Source of the DNA: Vicugna vicugna
Taxonomy: Eukaryota
NCBI GenBank assembly: GCA_013265495.1
Contig: MU058531.1
Coordinates: forward strand, 1,238,911 to 1,302,910
DNA: 64,000 bases
Direction of reading: 5' to 3'
Every line of letters begins with the position of its first letter. The first letter of the stretch is position 1. Position numbers and translations under genes: made by a program. The notes beneath the pieces are model-generated. The model was not told the DNA's origin. It did not search any database and worked only from the letters and a program-made list of their open reading frames with translations. This document shows, piece after piece, positions 36,209 through 51,349 of this stretch.

Positions 36209-39200
36209 TTATAAGCTCTGCATGCTTTTGCTGTGACTCATAGGTAAAGATCTTCATGTGTGGATTTTGTAGCAATCTGGGAAGCACCTTAAGTAACCTT
36301 TATGATACAGATATACCTGCTTTATGGATACTGTCCATGGAGAAGGGGTTCCTCTTGGACTGCTTGTGTCCTGGAGGTGAGGTGCAGGTGGCTATCAGAG
36401 AGGCATACCTAAGAAGAAAAAACAGCGTTTTCTTTAAAACTCAGATGTCACCTAATATAGGAAGGATATTTAAAGTGATGAACAAATACAAAGTTGGTAT
36501 GTCCTTTTTCAGGGGAACGTTCTGTTTTCTACATCCTTTCAGTAAGAGAGCATGGGGACACTATGTTATGAACTTTGATGCTCTATGTTTTCTCCAGAGA
36601 AGGCTATAAATTTACTTTCTATGTATATGTTTACCTATAAATATATGTGCTTGCAAAGTTTCAGCATAGCCAGAATTCTAGTACTTTTCCTTTGCCAAGT
36701 ATTTAGAAAAATTTACAGTATCTACTATGCATTTACTTTTAGGTTTTAACTTGTCTTAAAAAATTGAGGACTTACCATCCTGGTAAAGTGACAGTTGTTA
36801 TTCTCAGGCTCTCGCAATGCTAGTGGCAACTGATGGTTTGATTTGCTCAAAAATCATAGGCCTTAGCTCAGTTCAAATGTTAATTGCTTTGTTATTATTG
36901 TAAGGATGGTCCTAGAAGCAGATGATACGATTATATATATATTAAAAGTATGTTAAGTACAATTTCTTGGAAACAATAAGCATTAAAACCAGTGGATTAA
37001 AATTAAATATAATTGTGCTGCTAAGAAATTAGAATCCTCTGTTCCACCTCCCTACCATTCAATCATAAAAAAGGGCTTTGATTTTATTTCCTTAACATTA
37101 GTTTGTCTATTTCATGGCCACTGACTTCAGTCAGATTCTCATTATTTCTCATTCATGTTAATTTCCTTACTGGACCTCGCTCCTTCCAGTCTCTCTTACA
37201 GCCCTTCTGCCAGAGTCTAGAGTCCTCTGTGGTGGAGGAAAATCTAGGACTCTCCCCTGTCTCAGGATAAAGGCCAAATCTCCAGAGTGTCATGTAGAGC
37301 CTTCTGACCTGGTCTTACGTTTTTTCCACCCTCATCACCTGTCACTTCCTTAGATAACCTTTATTCATTCCTTAGGTGAGACTGAGGATTGAGGAGGAAA
37401 TATTGGAGACTTGAAAGAAGGTAATGATGTGAAAGAGCAGTTTAGGAGAGAGGGAGAGTAGGTGGCACCTAGGGACACGAACTGTGACTGCTGGGCAGCA
37501 GTGACGGTCTCTGGAGGTAGGTGAGGATGGACGTAGGGTGAAACCAGCCCTGGCTGCAGGGGTACAGGTGTGGAGAAGGTGGGCCTTGCATCCTACCTGT
37601 TGCCTGGCTAGGCCAGTCCACTTCTTGTCTCTACTTTCTCACATGCTGGGTCCTCCATCTAAAACACTTACCTTGTCTCTGCCTGGGAGAAACATCTCTT
37701 CTCTTAAGAAACCCCATTGGTCATTTCCTCCTCTTTCCAGACGTTCTCCTTTAGCCCCACATTTGGTCATCTGCCTCCACTCTGTCCCTGCTGTTCCATT
37801 GGCCAGTGGTTGTTACTGCACTTGCCACGCCATGGCAAGGATCTGTCAGACTTGTCTCTACAAGACCGGGGACAAGGGCAGGGAGGCGATCTTTTGATGT
37901 CCAGCTCATATCACAGTGCCTGGCATGTGTATTAAGTGCTGGATGAATCAACACAAGATTTCTCTGTAAAGTGATGTACTTGTTGGATTGGAGGTCATTT
38001 AAAAAGTGAGTTCCACTTGGTAGTACATGACATGAAAAATTGTATTGCTTTAATTTTAGTCTGATCTCCCCAGCCAAATATCCAAGTTAACAAAATCTTT
38101 CCAGATATACGTGTATACGTGCATGTGTATATACATACATACATACTTGTCCACAGGAAAATGGAGGAAAGTTAAAGAGCTCAAAGAGCATGAATAAATA
38201 CTAAATATCTGGGGTGACAGACGTCACTGAGGCCTGCACAGCGCACATGGTTTCTCTGTTCTCTTCCAGATGGGCCTCCTGGACTAGTAGGAAACAGGTT
38301 AAAACCTTAAGGAACATGTGAGCCAGTATTAAACACATCTGTATTCAAATCGTGTTGAAGTTATGAAGATAAAAACACAGTTTTGAAAAAGTTTTCCCAA
38401 TCACGTAGAAATATATGGAGATTTTAACTGCCGAAACAATCTCATAGCGTTTACAAATGAATAAAGCCCAGAGAGAAATTAAGGGATGCATTTTTTTCAG
38501 AGATGACTATTTCACATTTTTTCTCAGGAGTGAAGGGACTTCAGTTCTGTCGTGATGTGTCATTAAAGGGCTGTGGTGTCAGACAGTCTTCCTCACCTCT
38601 CTAAGCTTTAGTTTCCCCATGTATAAAATAGGAGGTTTGGTCTGAATTATTACCAAGGTCATTTTGAATCATCTGTGATTCTGGAAAGTTATGAAACGGC
38701 CTGTAACCATGGTGAGGAAAGTTGATTGGTGAGTCCAAAAATAGACTTATTTTCTCCTTCTGCATAACATTGATGCTGTCCCATTGAGTAAGTCACTCTG
38801 TGTATATTGCCTTAATAAACCAATTTCTTGATTTTTTTCTTATTGCTAAGTGCTCAAAAGTGAATGAAAAATTGCCTTAAGAAGTACCAAACAAATAGCT
38901 CTTGTCTCTTGTTTCAAATATGGAACTGAATTGTTGTGCTCTTTTGCATTCCTGTTGTGGGTATTCAGAAAGCAGAAGGTGGTGATTTGGTAAATATAGA
39001 AACGATTTCGCATCAGTTCCTGCTGTGTTTTGTGTTTGTGTGAGACCCCATTCAAAACATGTCTTATTCTTCCCTTAAAATATGCTTTCCTTCATTTTTG
39101 CCTTTCTGCTGGTGAAAAGTCTATATCTATAAATACTTAGGTTTTGTCCAGATCCTTAGGTATCAGTTATTTTTCTCTGTTAACGTACGAGTAATCTAGT

Positions 39201-40189
39201 CAGAAATCATTACGTTTTATCCCTAAGCCCTTTGATGTGTGCCACCATCAGCCTGTCCTCAGTGCAGTGATGTCCTAAGGGTCATCCTTGAATCACTCTG
39301 AGATTACAAGGTCCACGGCCACACCATGCCCCTATGGGACTAGCCCTGTCTGGAGCACTGCACCTGAAATGAGACGTCTGGACCTCGTTGAGCCAAGCAC
39401 AGTGCTGAGAGGCAGTCTCCCTGTCTGTGAGCATCCCTGCTGGATCCCACTCTTTGAAGCAGAGAATGAGCTCATTGAATGAACATCTTAAATGCCTAGA
39501 GAGGTAACGGAAATTTAATTTTCATTTTCTTTATTCTGTAAGAATATATATTCAAAGTATCACATCCTTAACTAACTGAGATTACACAAGTCACTTGCCC
39601 TCTCGGAGCCTTAGTTTCCTCCTCTATGAGGTTTGGATTTGATTTCTACAATGACTTTGGCTTCAATTTTTTTTTTCTTTATACCTTTGTCATACTCTCT
39701 CCAGCCCTGAACTGACTGATGGCAATCAGTAGTCTTAAACTTCAGCAAGTCTCAGTTCCTTCTCATGCTTCTTCCTCAGACCAGCGTGGTTCATTTTTCC
39801 ACCCCACAGGCATTTGCAGAGATTGTTTAAAAGCACTTATGACAATTTTAGTAATTTATTTTGCTGTTCATTTTGAGACCAGATGAACTCAACAACTCAA
39901 GTTTGTTTTGTTTGTGTGCCTGGATAATAGCATAAAAATAAAGCATTCTTATTTCTGCAGAAATAACAAGTGCTTTTTTTTTCCCAGCAAGCATAACTGT
40001 CTTTATTAATAAGAATTAAGCTAGTAAGCTACTATTGACTTCAGCTATGGGGTAATAGTAAGAGAGCAGTCCTTTGGTATTTACCCATATTCTTCATCAC
40101 CAATCAAGATCTTTGTTCTAGTAAGTGTTTTCAAACTGCTGAAACTAAAAAGTCTGTGGAAATGGGGTTAGAGAATGTTTTAGGACAGG

Positions 40190-42950
40190 ATAAGTTTGTT
40201 TATTCATTCAGGAAATACTCGCTGAGTACCTTCCAGCTAGTCTTTGGATTATCAGTGAACAGAACAAAGATCCTTGACCCAGGGGAGTTTTTTCCTGGCA
40301 GGGGAAGACAGACAGTAATCAATAAGCATAATAAATATTTGTCTTATGGTTTGTTATAAGGTGGTCGGATCTGTGGAAAAATGAAAAAGTTGAGCAAGAA
40401 AAGGAGATGAAAGGTGACAGGGAGTGGAGAGCTGGACTGCCATGTGAATGCCGTGGTCAGGAGAGGAGGTGTGGTGTGCAGACACTCTCCCAGAATGTCC
40501 ACACTCTAATCCCTAGACCCTGTAAATAGGTTAAGGTCTGTGGCAAAGGGTCTTTCCAGCTTTAATTAAAATATAGAGATCATCCTGGATTATCCAGGTG
40601 GCCCCATCAGATCAGTAGGACCTTAAAAGTAGAGTAAGTGGTTTGAGTCAGAGAGATGTGACTGAATTTGGAGCAATTCAAATGTAGGAGAGACTTAACC
40701 TGCCGTTGCTGGAGAGGGGCCATGTGGAAAGTATGAGAAGGAAGGAGATCAGCCTTGAGGAGCAAAGACCAGCAAGGAAACGCAACCTCAGTCCTACAGC
40801 TGCAAGGACTTGAATCTAGCCGAAAATCTGAATGAGCCTGGAAGCAGACTTATCCCCAGAGCCCCCCAAGACAAATGCAGCCTTGCTGACACCTTGATCT
40901 TGGCCTTGTGAGACTGAGCAGTGGACCAGCAGAACCATGCTGTACTCAGACTTCTGACCTACAGAACTAGGAGGTTATAAATAGGTGTTGTCTTCTCATG
41001 GCAGTAGTAGAAAACTAGCACAGGGGATGAAGACGATAGCCAGGGCTATCAGGGCAAGAGCATTTCAGTGAAGAAGACAAGGAGAGCCAGGTACTAGAGT
41101 GAGGTCCGCCTGGGGCGTCAGAAGGACAGCAAGTGGCCGGCGTGGCTGGAGTGGAGACGGGCAAGGGATGAGTAGGAAGAGGTCAGAAAGGCAACTGGGG
41201 TGGAGGATGGAGACCACAGGGAGCCTTGGCTCTTATTCCCAGTGGCCTAGGGAGTTCTTGCAGCATTTTGATGAGAAAAGCAACATGATATGACTTAATT
41301 TTTTAAAGGATCATGCTGGCTGCTCTGAGAATAGACTATAGGGGAGAAGCTGGAGACGAGTTAGGAAGCGACAGCAGAAATCCCAGTACGAGAGGGTGGT
41401 GGCTTCTACCAGTGGTAGTGAGATGATAAGTGGTCAGTTTCTGGATATGTTCTGATTATAACGTCTACTTCTTTGTGACTTAGATATGAGATATGTGAGA
41501 GAGGAGAGTCAACGGCGATTCTGTAGTTTGGGGCCTGAACAACTGGAAAGATGCTGTTGCCATCAACTGAGACGTAGAAAGCGGTGGGTGGCGATCTGTG
41601 GTGGGGGCAGAACTGGAATTTAGTTTGACATAGCGAGGATGAGGACTGCTAGATTTTCCCTTTGCAGATGGAAAGTGTGGTAGGCAGAATAATGATCCCC
41701 AAAGATGTCCATGTCCTAATCTCCAGATCTTGTGACTACGTCCCCTTAGGTAGCAAGAGGGACTTTGCAAATATGATTAAGTTAAGGACCTTGAGGTGGA
41801 GAGATTATCCTGGATTATCTGGGTGAGACATAAAAGTGGGGAACCATTCAGAGGGAGATGTGACTTGGGAAGAATGGTCAGAGAGATGTGGTATTGTTGG
41901 CTTTGAAGACAGAGGAAGGGGGCAACAGGCCGAGGGATGTAGGTGGCCTCCAGAAGCTGGAAGTGGCAGAGAAACCCATCTTCCTCAAGAGTCTTGAGAA
42001 AGGAACACAGCCCTGCCAATATCTAATTTTACTCCAGGGAAATCCATGCCTGAGCTGCAGAACTATGAGATAATAAATTAGAGCTGTCTTAAGTCACTAG
42101 ATTTGTGGTGACTTGTTACAACAACTGTAGAAAACTAATACACAGAGTAAGCAGCTGGACATGAGTCTGGAGGTGAGGAAAGAGAGGTCTGAAAGCATTG
42201 GGATGGAATCTAAAGCTGTGGGGCTGAACGAGACCACTGACAGGATGAGCAGAGGCAGAGAAGAGGACGGACGTGGGCCCACCGTTGGCACTCAGCGTCG
42301 GGAGGTCAGGGAGAAGGAGAGACTAGCAAAGCACACCGAGAGTGATGCCCCAGGGAGATGAGGGCAAACAAAGAGAGGGTGGTGGCCTGGAGGGGGCAGG
42401 TGAAGCAAGCACGTCAAGGAAGAGGGAGTGATTGCTTGTGAAACCTGCTGCTGACAGGTTAAGTAAGATTAAGAAGATTTGCTATGAAGGGAAAGGGAGC
42501 AAAGAAAAGGAGCAGCCACTTTCAGGAAAAGTGGGGTCAAGAGAACTTTGTTTTCATTTTTTTAAAGTGCCATTAAGGACGTGTTCGTATGACAGGTGCT
42601 CTTCCCTGAGAGCAAGAGTTGACGGCAACAGATGAGAGAGGAGCTGGGTGTGTCCTCAGGCAGGCAGGAAGGATGGTGTGTGGGAGGGCATGAGTTGGCG
42701 CCTCCTTCGGGAGGAGAGTGGTGAGTTCACTGTGGTGCCTATAGGAAAGGCGGAGTGGAGGGTGGGTGAATGTGGGGTGAGTGTGTGGGTAGCCCCTTCT
42801 GATGCCTCCATTCTCTCAGTGGAATAGGAAGCAGATGAGAACGAGGATAGGGAAGGTGGTTTGAGGGATTTAACAAACGAGGGCCATGTAGTAAGATTGG
42901 CTGAAAAGCCCATTAGAAATTTGTGATCATGATTTGGAAGGAGTAAAGGC
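40190..42950. mobile_element. Long L2 (minus) interrupted by two MLT1 solo LTRs (~40471-41021 MLT1E-like; ~41676-42143 MLT1D-like)
   Basis: L2 tail TTTATTCATTCA at ~40200. Both LTRs carry GAGATTATCCTGGATTATC-type and AACTAATACA-type MaLR motifs, and L2 sequence resumes after each. Confidence 0.75.
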
Positions 42951-45900
42951 CACCACGCACTTTTGAGAAAAGTGCTTCCTAATACTAAATACCTCCTCCC
43001 TCAAAAAAAAAAAAAGCGCCAAATATTAAAGGAATATGTGAAGTGAAATTATGCAAGGAAGCCCAGTATTTCCTTATCTTCTTATCATTTCTATTACTGC
43101 CTACATTACTAGAAGATAACTTGCCTTATAGGGTTATTAATACTCCTAAATTGTTGACTATAAATCATATTTTGCCAAATCAAATTTAAGTGTTGTCTGG
43201 ATTGATCAGAAAACATAAGTATTGTGAAAAGACACCTAAACTAATTTTAAAAATAAAAGACTTTCTTGATCATAAACTATTGGTATATTGGAAACGTTTA
43301 CATATGGAAAGGATGCATTTCCTTATACTAGTGAATTTCAAAGTTTTTTTGCACTCAAAAGGCACCCCTGAGAATCACCCAGGTCAGTGATTTTCAAGGG
43401 GATTCTCCATCCTGACGGAGAGGGAACTGGTATAGTTTGTAAATGCTCCTCCTTTCCACTTCTTCCCTCTGGCCCTGAGAATGGCCAACCTGTTGCAGCC
43501 AGGAAGACAGTAGTTCTGAATCCTACTCATTTAAACCTCATTATTGAGCATCTCATAGACCCTGCCATTCAGTGTGTTTAGTGAGTGAATTCCATGCACG
43601 TAAAACCTCCCAAGCTGCCGATGCTTCTATGTGTTTCCCTGAAGTGAAGCATCCAGTTTTTAGAAATTAGAAACAGATTTCTAATCTTAGGTATCTAGGT
43701 GCCTAAAAGAGTGAACAAATAATGATTTGTTGTTTTGGCCTCACAGCACTGATTTAAACAGCTTCAGAGGAGGAAGAAACGTTACTCACTTTGTCTGGAC
43801 TCATATTGCCATTTAGCAAAGAGTTCTTCAAGTTCTTCTCAAGATGATCCATTCATTCAATAAATGCTGATCCTCTATGAAGGGCCAGACTCTGGGGGAA
43901 TCTACAGCAGTGAACAGAACAGCCAAAAGTTATCCCCCCTTATGGGGCTTATGTTCTAATAGGTTGAGACAGTCAGTAAATACGTAACATGTATAATTTG
44001 TGAGATGGTGAGAAATGCTGTGGAGGGAAATCAATCCAGAGAAGGGAAATGAAAGAGCCAGGTTATATTAACCTGCCCAGTGATGTTCCTGGGGCTTTTT
44101 CCATCTTCCCCAGGTAGAAGCCAGAGCCCTTCAGTGGCCCAGAAGGCCCTCGGTGACCCAGCGCCTCCTCTCCCTGACCTCAGCCCTTCCCAGTTCTCAG
44201 CCACGCTGGCCTCCTCGCTGTTCTTTGGATATCCGCATCATTCCGCTCATGACATATTGATCTCTCTCCACGTAGCCACCTTCCTTCAGATAACCATAAG
44301 ACCCGGTCCTCGTCTCTTTTTGGTCTTTGCCCAGACTTTGCCTTCTCAGTGGTACCTTTCCTGACCACCTTAATTTAAATCACTCTCCTAACCCATCCCT
44401 GGCACTCTTTCCTCTCCAGGAGGTCACCTCCCAGCATAGGAGGTGACCAGATGCCACTGGTTGGGCATAGCCACAAATGGAGCAGTATCACTGGCTTCCT
44501 CTCCAGGCGGCAGCTCTGCCTGCGGGTTGGAGAGCCATCTCTGTCCTTCAGTGTTGTTGGAAGAGTTTCAGGAAAGGCCCTGCCGAGTGGCAGCACCGTG
44601 GGGCTCTCCCCAGCCTCAGGAGCCAGACTGACCCTGAGCTTAGTCAGTGAGAGTCCCCAGGATGGTGTTTGCCTTGCTCACGCCGTGGGGGAGCACCTCT
44701 CATAGGCTGAATGGGTCTGAAGTGGAGGGCCCCCTTTCAGATGGTCATTTCTGCCCCAGGGGTTTTGACTGAGTGTGTTTGGCGTGTCGAAGCTGCTGCT
44801 TCTCCGTGGTGGGGCCATTCTCGTTTTCCTTCTCTGGGAGAGACTCTCTTTGCTTGCCCTCTGTGACCGCCTCATCTGAGTTCTCAGCTTTCAGTTTCAG
44901 CGACTGTGCTGACCTTTTCTGTATTTCTTGTTTTTGTTCAGAAACCGAAACTGCATCTCATACATAACTGGTCTGTATCTGCCTCATGCTTGTCTTATTA
45001 AAAACTCACTTTTTCCCCTTCTGTCTCTACCACTTCCTGGTCTTATGGCGTTCAAAGGAACATCCCTGCTTTCACAGGCCAAGTTCCAGAGTCTGTGACT
45101 TTCATGACATCATAAATAAAACTTAAAATGCAACCGTCACAGGGTAGGTCCCCTGGGAAGCAGACTGTGAGGTGGAGTTGAGTGTTCAGCGTGTTTACCT
45201 GCCCTTCAGAGGGTGAGAAGGGAGGAAGGGCAGAAGAAGAACTTGAGCTGTGGTGCAGGCCCAGCGGCCACCTTGGTGGCCCCACAGGAGCTCTGGGGCT
45301 GGAGTGGCTCTTGGGCTGAGATGACCTGGCCCTTCCACCCCAGCATCCCTCCATCAGTGCGCGTGGGTGACCCTGGGAAAGTGCGTGACCTTGGGCAAGA
45401 GGATCTCTGCAGCAGAGGCCACCCCCACAGCGGCCAGCAGCACCTCCACAAGTGCAGCCAGAGAGATCCCGCTGACAAGCGTCTGGTCTGTGCCGCCTGG
45501 CTGCCTCCACATTCCCAAGCTTTGACCCCAAGATACGATATGGTGTTCCAGTTAAGAAGAAGCCTTCATCATCAGTTTTAATTTGATGTTGAAATGTGCT
45601 TTCTTTCATAGAAAGCAAAGGATGCTAAAGGCAATAGAGATCCTCCGTCCAGCCCTCTTGTTTAACAGATGGAGAAACAGAGTCAGAAAGAGAGGAAATG
45701 TCTGGTTTCTTCAGAAACAGATCCCAAGACTAGGATGTGAGAGTAAGTGGTTTATCTGAGAGGTTCTCCCTGACATGTCAGCAGTGAAGTGAACCAGTGG
45801 GACGGGGCAGAGAAAGAAGCCTTAAATAAAGGTGCATTTTCAAGAGAATTACTGCTCTGGGTACTTGGAGCTCAGTCCCTTGAGGGAACTGGGAGGAACA

Positions 45901-47464
45901 GCCCACACAGTGGGGAGTCATCCTCCCCAAAGGGCAAGGAAGCCGTGATGTTTGCCCAGCAGCTTACCCCCTCCATCCTTGACTGCGGACTGTATTCTGG
46001 GGCCACTGGCCGCCCTGCACTGCCAGCTCCCTCTTTGAGTGGCCCAGCCTGCTCCCAGAGCCTCAGTGGCAGCACACGGTTCACAGAAGGCTGCCTGCAG
46101 CATGTGGAACTGAGGCTTGAGGACGAGGAGGAGGGCTGGGGGACAATGACAGCGTCTTCTACAGCACGTTGCCCCAAATGGGATGAGAACTCAGCTGTCC
46201 TGACTGCCAGCCAGGTCTCCACACTGACTGTTGATCATCTTCCTCTGCTGTGTCCAAACCAAATCTAGGGAATCTGGTGAGGGGAGTGAGGCTGTAGAAA
46301 GCACAGGGGATGCAGTCCCTCTTTTTGAAAAACAGTCTAATAGGAGGGCCAAACCCACATACATGTACAAAAAGGACACAAGAGAAGATTTCATGAGTGT
46401 TCCCAGCGGTGCATGTGGATGCTGTGGTACTGAAAGCTTGCGATGCGTGTGTCAGTGCCGAGGTGCTGTCGTAAAGGGCTGCTCCAGAAGGAAGGGGGCT
46501 TTGTGTTTTGTCTCTGAGAGACTGAGTCTGGAACAGTATCTCAGTGGAGATTTTGAACATGAATTAATGTGGCCTGAGAGGCAGGACGGCGTGCTGGTTA
46601 AGAGCCAGGTGCCTTTCGAGAGGACCATCCAGTCTTCCATCCTGCTTCCATCACTCCGTGGCCATTGGTCAGTGGGCTCCTCTGTGAAATAGAACCGTAT
46701 AGTAGACTCTAATTCGCAGGGGTACGGAGTGCAGTCAGTGAAGGAGTTGATGTAAAAACATTTAACGAGAGCCTGCCACATAGAAGGAGTTGGGTCAACA
46801 TCAGCAGCAGTCATGATGATTGTCGACAGAGGAGAATGGGAAGGTAAGGTTATGTGGGAGAAGGACTAGGGCATGAGATTGGAGAAGCAGGAGAAATGCT
46901 GTGAAGTATGCCTTCTGGGATGCCGGGGAAGTGAAGGGGGAAGCTTTCTGAAGTTGAGAAGGGCTGCCCACTCTGCCCAAGTTCTCATGGGAGCCTAGGT
47001 CCCATCAAAGTGAAAGTTTATGGGGAAACCCAATATGTAAAAAATATAAACAGAGTTACTCGTTTGAAGGTGGAGTGGGGAACTGGGGTCCCATCTCCTC
47101 CCCTCTCACAGCCCCAAGGGAATTCTGAGAAACCCCAAAGCTGCAAGAACAAAAACAATTTCTACAGAAAGATGTTTGAAAAGCTACTGTAACACCTCAT
47201 TTGTTCTGTATTGAGTTTGTTTTCCAGAAAAACGTGTTTTTAGAAACTCATCTTGAATGAAATTTTGCTTTAGTGTGTTACTTTTTTGCCTTCTTAACAA
47301 GGCTGAATCAAAACCTTTTAATCTGTTCTTGATGATTTTTGATTATAGTAGTGAACATTTAGCTATGGGTCTGTGCTTTAATGTGGTGATTTCCAACTTC
47401 AGAGGTTCTGAAGAGTTAGGACTGTTTACTTGCACTGTGCTTTTCAAATTGTTACAAGAAGCCG

Positions 47465-48000
47465 CGTGGCATCAAGGGAAGTTCTGGACTTGGGAGCCAG
47501 GCTGTCCGGGTTTGCGTCCCAGCCTTGAACCTTACTAGCACTGTGACCTTGGGCAAGTCCTTAACCTCTCTTTGCCTCAATTTCTTCTTCTGTAAATTGG
47601 GAATAATAATCATACTTACCTGATAGGGTTATTGTGAGAAATAAATAGGTGTTTATATGTTCGTTGTTTAGGCTAATGCCTGCATATAAAAAGTATCATA
47701 GAAGTGTTGTTGTTGTTGTTGTTGCTATTAATGCATCTGTTTTTACAATTCTTCTGTCTTCTCCTTTGATGTAACATAGTGATTTAAGCTATGGGCTTTG
47801 AAGTTAAATAACCTAGATTTGAGTCCTGCCCCCATTGTGATCTTGAGGAAGTTAATTTAATTCTCTGTGATTTGATTTATTCATCTGAAAAGTGGGGCTA
47901 ACAATACAAACTATTCGCAGGATTGCCATGAGGATTAAATAGGATAAAATTTGGGAAGCCCTTAGCACAGTGTCTGGCGCACTGTAGTCGTCATTATTAT
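47465..48000 (+). mobile_element. Two tandem MIR SINEs
   Basis: CTGTGACCTTGGGCAAGTCCTTAACCTCTCTTTGCCTCAATTTC and a second core ending CCTTAGCACAGTGTCTGGC. Confidence 0.8.
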
Positions 48001-50444
48001 AAATTATTAAGGCTCTAAGTGGGGGCTACTGTGACTGTAATGTAATTTAGAGCCAGAGGGTTTTGTTTCTTTTTGTTTTGTTGTTTTGTGTTTTCACTAT
48101 ATTGACCCCTTAGAAAGAAGCCTTTAGAAAGTTCCTTCTTGTTACTTAACTGGTTTTTGTTTAGAAGAGTTGTTAACTTATTGATCTTAAATAATAAACA
48201 TTTTCAGTGTGCTTCTTAAATTTGGAACGAGGGGTGGATAGGTGGAGGGATTAACCATTTATGCTCCATAATATGATGCTTATAGTCAAATTCTGACTCA
48301 GAACTTTTAGATGTATTTGTGTTGAAAGAGTTTTGTTTTATGTTTTGTTTTTTTTTGTTGATGTTGTTGTTGTTAAAGGTTGACATGATTAGTATTCATA
48401 CAAGGGGATATTTTTAAAGTGAGATAAACAGTAAAGAAATGTGTTGGTGGAAATGACTAGAAGCAACTCAAGGTAGGCAGTAAATATTCTCGTATAGAGG
48501 AAGAGAGGCTAAACTTGATAAAAAAAAAAGCAGACAAGCAAACAAATGGTGATTTTGCAGCCTTGGTGGAGGGTGGGGTGGGGGAGGATGTTCGTCTACC
48601 AGCCACCAGTTCACTTTTACTCCGTTACAAAACAAGGACGCTCTTAGACCTTGATAATAGACAGGTGATTTCAAACGCTGCAAAATGCTGGCTGTGCTTC
48701 ATCCAGGGCCTTACCAAGTTACAAGAACAGTTCTCATAAAGACACAGCATAATCCTTTATATTCTCTTATTAGTCCTCTGTATCAAACCCTTTTATTCTC
48801 TGCAGCATTTTTGTTTTGTTTTGTTTTTAAATCTCTGTTTGAAAATTACCAAAATGGAGAATAAGTTGATACGAAGTGGTAGAGCCATGTCTGTCCAGGC
48901 AAACCTTTCATTCTCGGAAAACTTAAATGACAAACATGAGAATCCAGAAAATGCCAAGAGTGGTGGCCCAGAGAATAAAACCAGTTGGCTGTACATAGCA
49001 GAAGCTCCCCAATTCCCAATTCATTATTAGTCTGTTCTTTTTCTCTCGCTTCCTCAAACGCCTTCTCCCTCAAACTTTCTCAGTTTCTTTTTCTGAAAAC
49101 GACTACTTTCCTGTTGATTTGATGCTGTGTAGGTCACCAAGTTCAAGAAATGTAATAAATTGCCTTTGGGCACAATGTTGAGGGTTTCCTCAGTATTCAG
49201 GTTTTAGCTTCTTTCTCACAAAATGCCAAAAATGAAGATTTTCTTAAAATTCAAACTGTGTGGCTATATTTAAGTTGAACATATCTATCTATCTAAAATA
49301 TTTAATAAATTTGTAGTTTTATCTACATAAACAAGTCTTAAAATCTTTTCTGGGTGAGTCAAATTTTATTGAATATGTGATACAGGTTTAGGACCCTAGT
49401 CCTTCTAGTCCAGTGAGATCACATCTGTAAATATAATTGTGTTTAAACCATTGAATGTATTTCTGTCTTTCATTAGAGTCACTAAGTTGGGGGAAAATCT
49501 TCATTTCTTTGATTCTCCACATCATCCTTCCTTGAGCACAGTTGCTCCCAAATATCTTGAAAGGATACTATTGAATTAATTTCCTTTTTTCTGAGTTTCC
49601 GAATTACGAGAAATGTTAAATCTCTATGCACTTGGCTCAGCTCAGCTGACAGGGAGCAGATACCCGCCACTCCTCCCCAAATCAGTCTTGGCAGTCTGAA
49701 ATCCCTCGTAAACTGTCTGTGAGTGACAACAGACCTGCAGTCCCAGATGTCAATTTTACAGGTGACAAGGTTGTACTCTGAAGTTCATTTATAAACTAAT
49801 TGTTTTGAACCAAACTCAAGGTATATTTTTGCCTCTAGAAACAGTGTTATTAATATTGTAAATGACGGCTTTCCCAGGCCAGCCCACACTGCTCCTATCT
49901 GGTATGTGGTCTGTCATCAGTCTAACCATCCCTCCATCCATCAGCTACCTAGTAAGCTCCTACTATGTGCCAAGCACCATGCCCTGCATCAGACTGCATC
50001 TGAACCAGTTTTGATATATTTACAGTTAATAGAGATGAGAGGCACAGCATGTTAACATTTTGACAACCCCCATCAGCTTAATGAGATATTGGCTTTTTAA
50101 TTTGTTTCCTGTAAAATACTCCCACAAATATTTGTGGGTGAGCTGCTGGCTCTTCACTAGGAATAAAGAGTGAGCATGATGCCCCCTGCCTCTAAGTTGC
50201 TTAACAGCAGAACCTGAAGAAAAGCAGGTTTGATTAAAGAATGGAGAGGTAGGTACCAATGTTTTCTGAAGCACTTTCTGAGCCTTTTCAAAGACTTTTT
50301 TATGCTAATGAAACTAATGCTTTATTGTGCCCCAGTCCCCTTCAAAACTGAACATCCGGGAAGGGATGATGACTTCTGTGAGAGGTAGCGCTGGATGTCG
50401 TAAACATGACTCTTAAGCTTATCAGCTGTGATGGGGCTTTTTTT

Positions 50445-50494
50445 CTTTCTTCCTTCTTTTCTTTTCTTTTCTTTTCTTTTCTTTTCTTTCTTTC
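50445..50494 (+). repeat. (CTTTT)n pyrimidine repeat
   Basis: Read directly. Confidence 0.85.
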
Positions 50495-51349
50495 ATGCCT
50501 CCCAACCTAAAGAGAACCTTTCTGAGACCTTTGAATGAGAGTAAATGAGAGTGGAAGGAGAAAGGAATTAGGCAGAGTGTGTTTCCTGGTATGAGATGCA
50601 ACTAGCAAGAAAGGGGAAGCCTGCTCAGAGCCTCAGACTGAGCTAGCACACTTGGCTGCTTCCTCGCGGCAGTCCCTTCGTCACGGGACTGTGCAGTTGG
50701 CTACGAGAAAGTCTTGATAACAGCCTGTGAGGGGCTGCATGACCTCACCTCTTGCCTGCCCCCTCTTCCTCTCTCTGTGCCAGCTTGAGCACCGTCCTGC
50801 CTCTGTGCCTTTGCATGTGCCATGTGCTCTGCCTGGTCTACTCTTCCCCGTTACCTGCACCGTTTAATCCCTCACCTCGTTCATGTCTGTGCTCTGTGTC
50901 ATCTGATTAGAGTCCTTCTCCAGCCTCCTGTTTTAAATAGCACTCCCTCACTGTCCCTCTCAGCTTTATTTTTCTTTATAGCATTTGACTACCACCTGGC
51001 ATTGTTTATTTGTTTATCATCTGTTTCCTTCTAGGAGAATATAAGCGCCATGAGGTCTGCTTCACTGCTCTATTTCCTGTGCCAAGAACGCCTCTTGCAC
51101 ATTGTACAAGGAATTAGGAGGCGCACTTTCACAGAAGAGGCTTTTCACCTAGAAAATTCTTTTTCCTAAAGCTCTTTTAAAGAGGAGGGTTTTTTTTTCT
51201 TTTTTTCTTTTTCTTTTTCAGCCTATAACTTACTTGCACTCTATTTCAAGACCACTCTAGGGGAGGGCGCAGTAGGTAGTGGTATTCTAATTATCCTACT
51301 AGAAGGTTGTGGGATGGGGACTGTTTAATTGTATTACTTTTTGATTTTT

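Noticed and set aside
38250..38305. Possible micro-exon (polypyrimidine-CAG then ATGGGC...CAG|GTTAAA); similar acceptor-like sites near 1309, 35006 and 51221
   Set aside because: Weak or absent donors, an in-frame stop and no protein similarity; such sites occur by chance in introns.
44080..46814. Cluster of 100-190-aa ORFs in a moderately GC-rich stretch
   Set aside because: No homology recognised, ORFs on both strands, and no convincing splice-site pairs.
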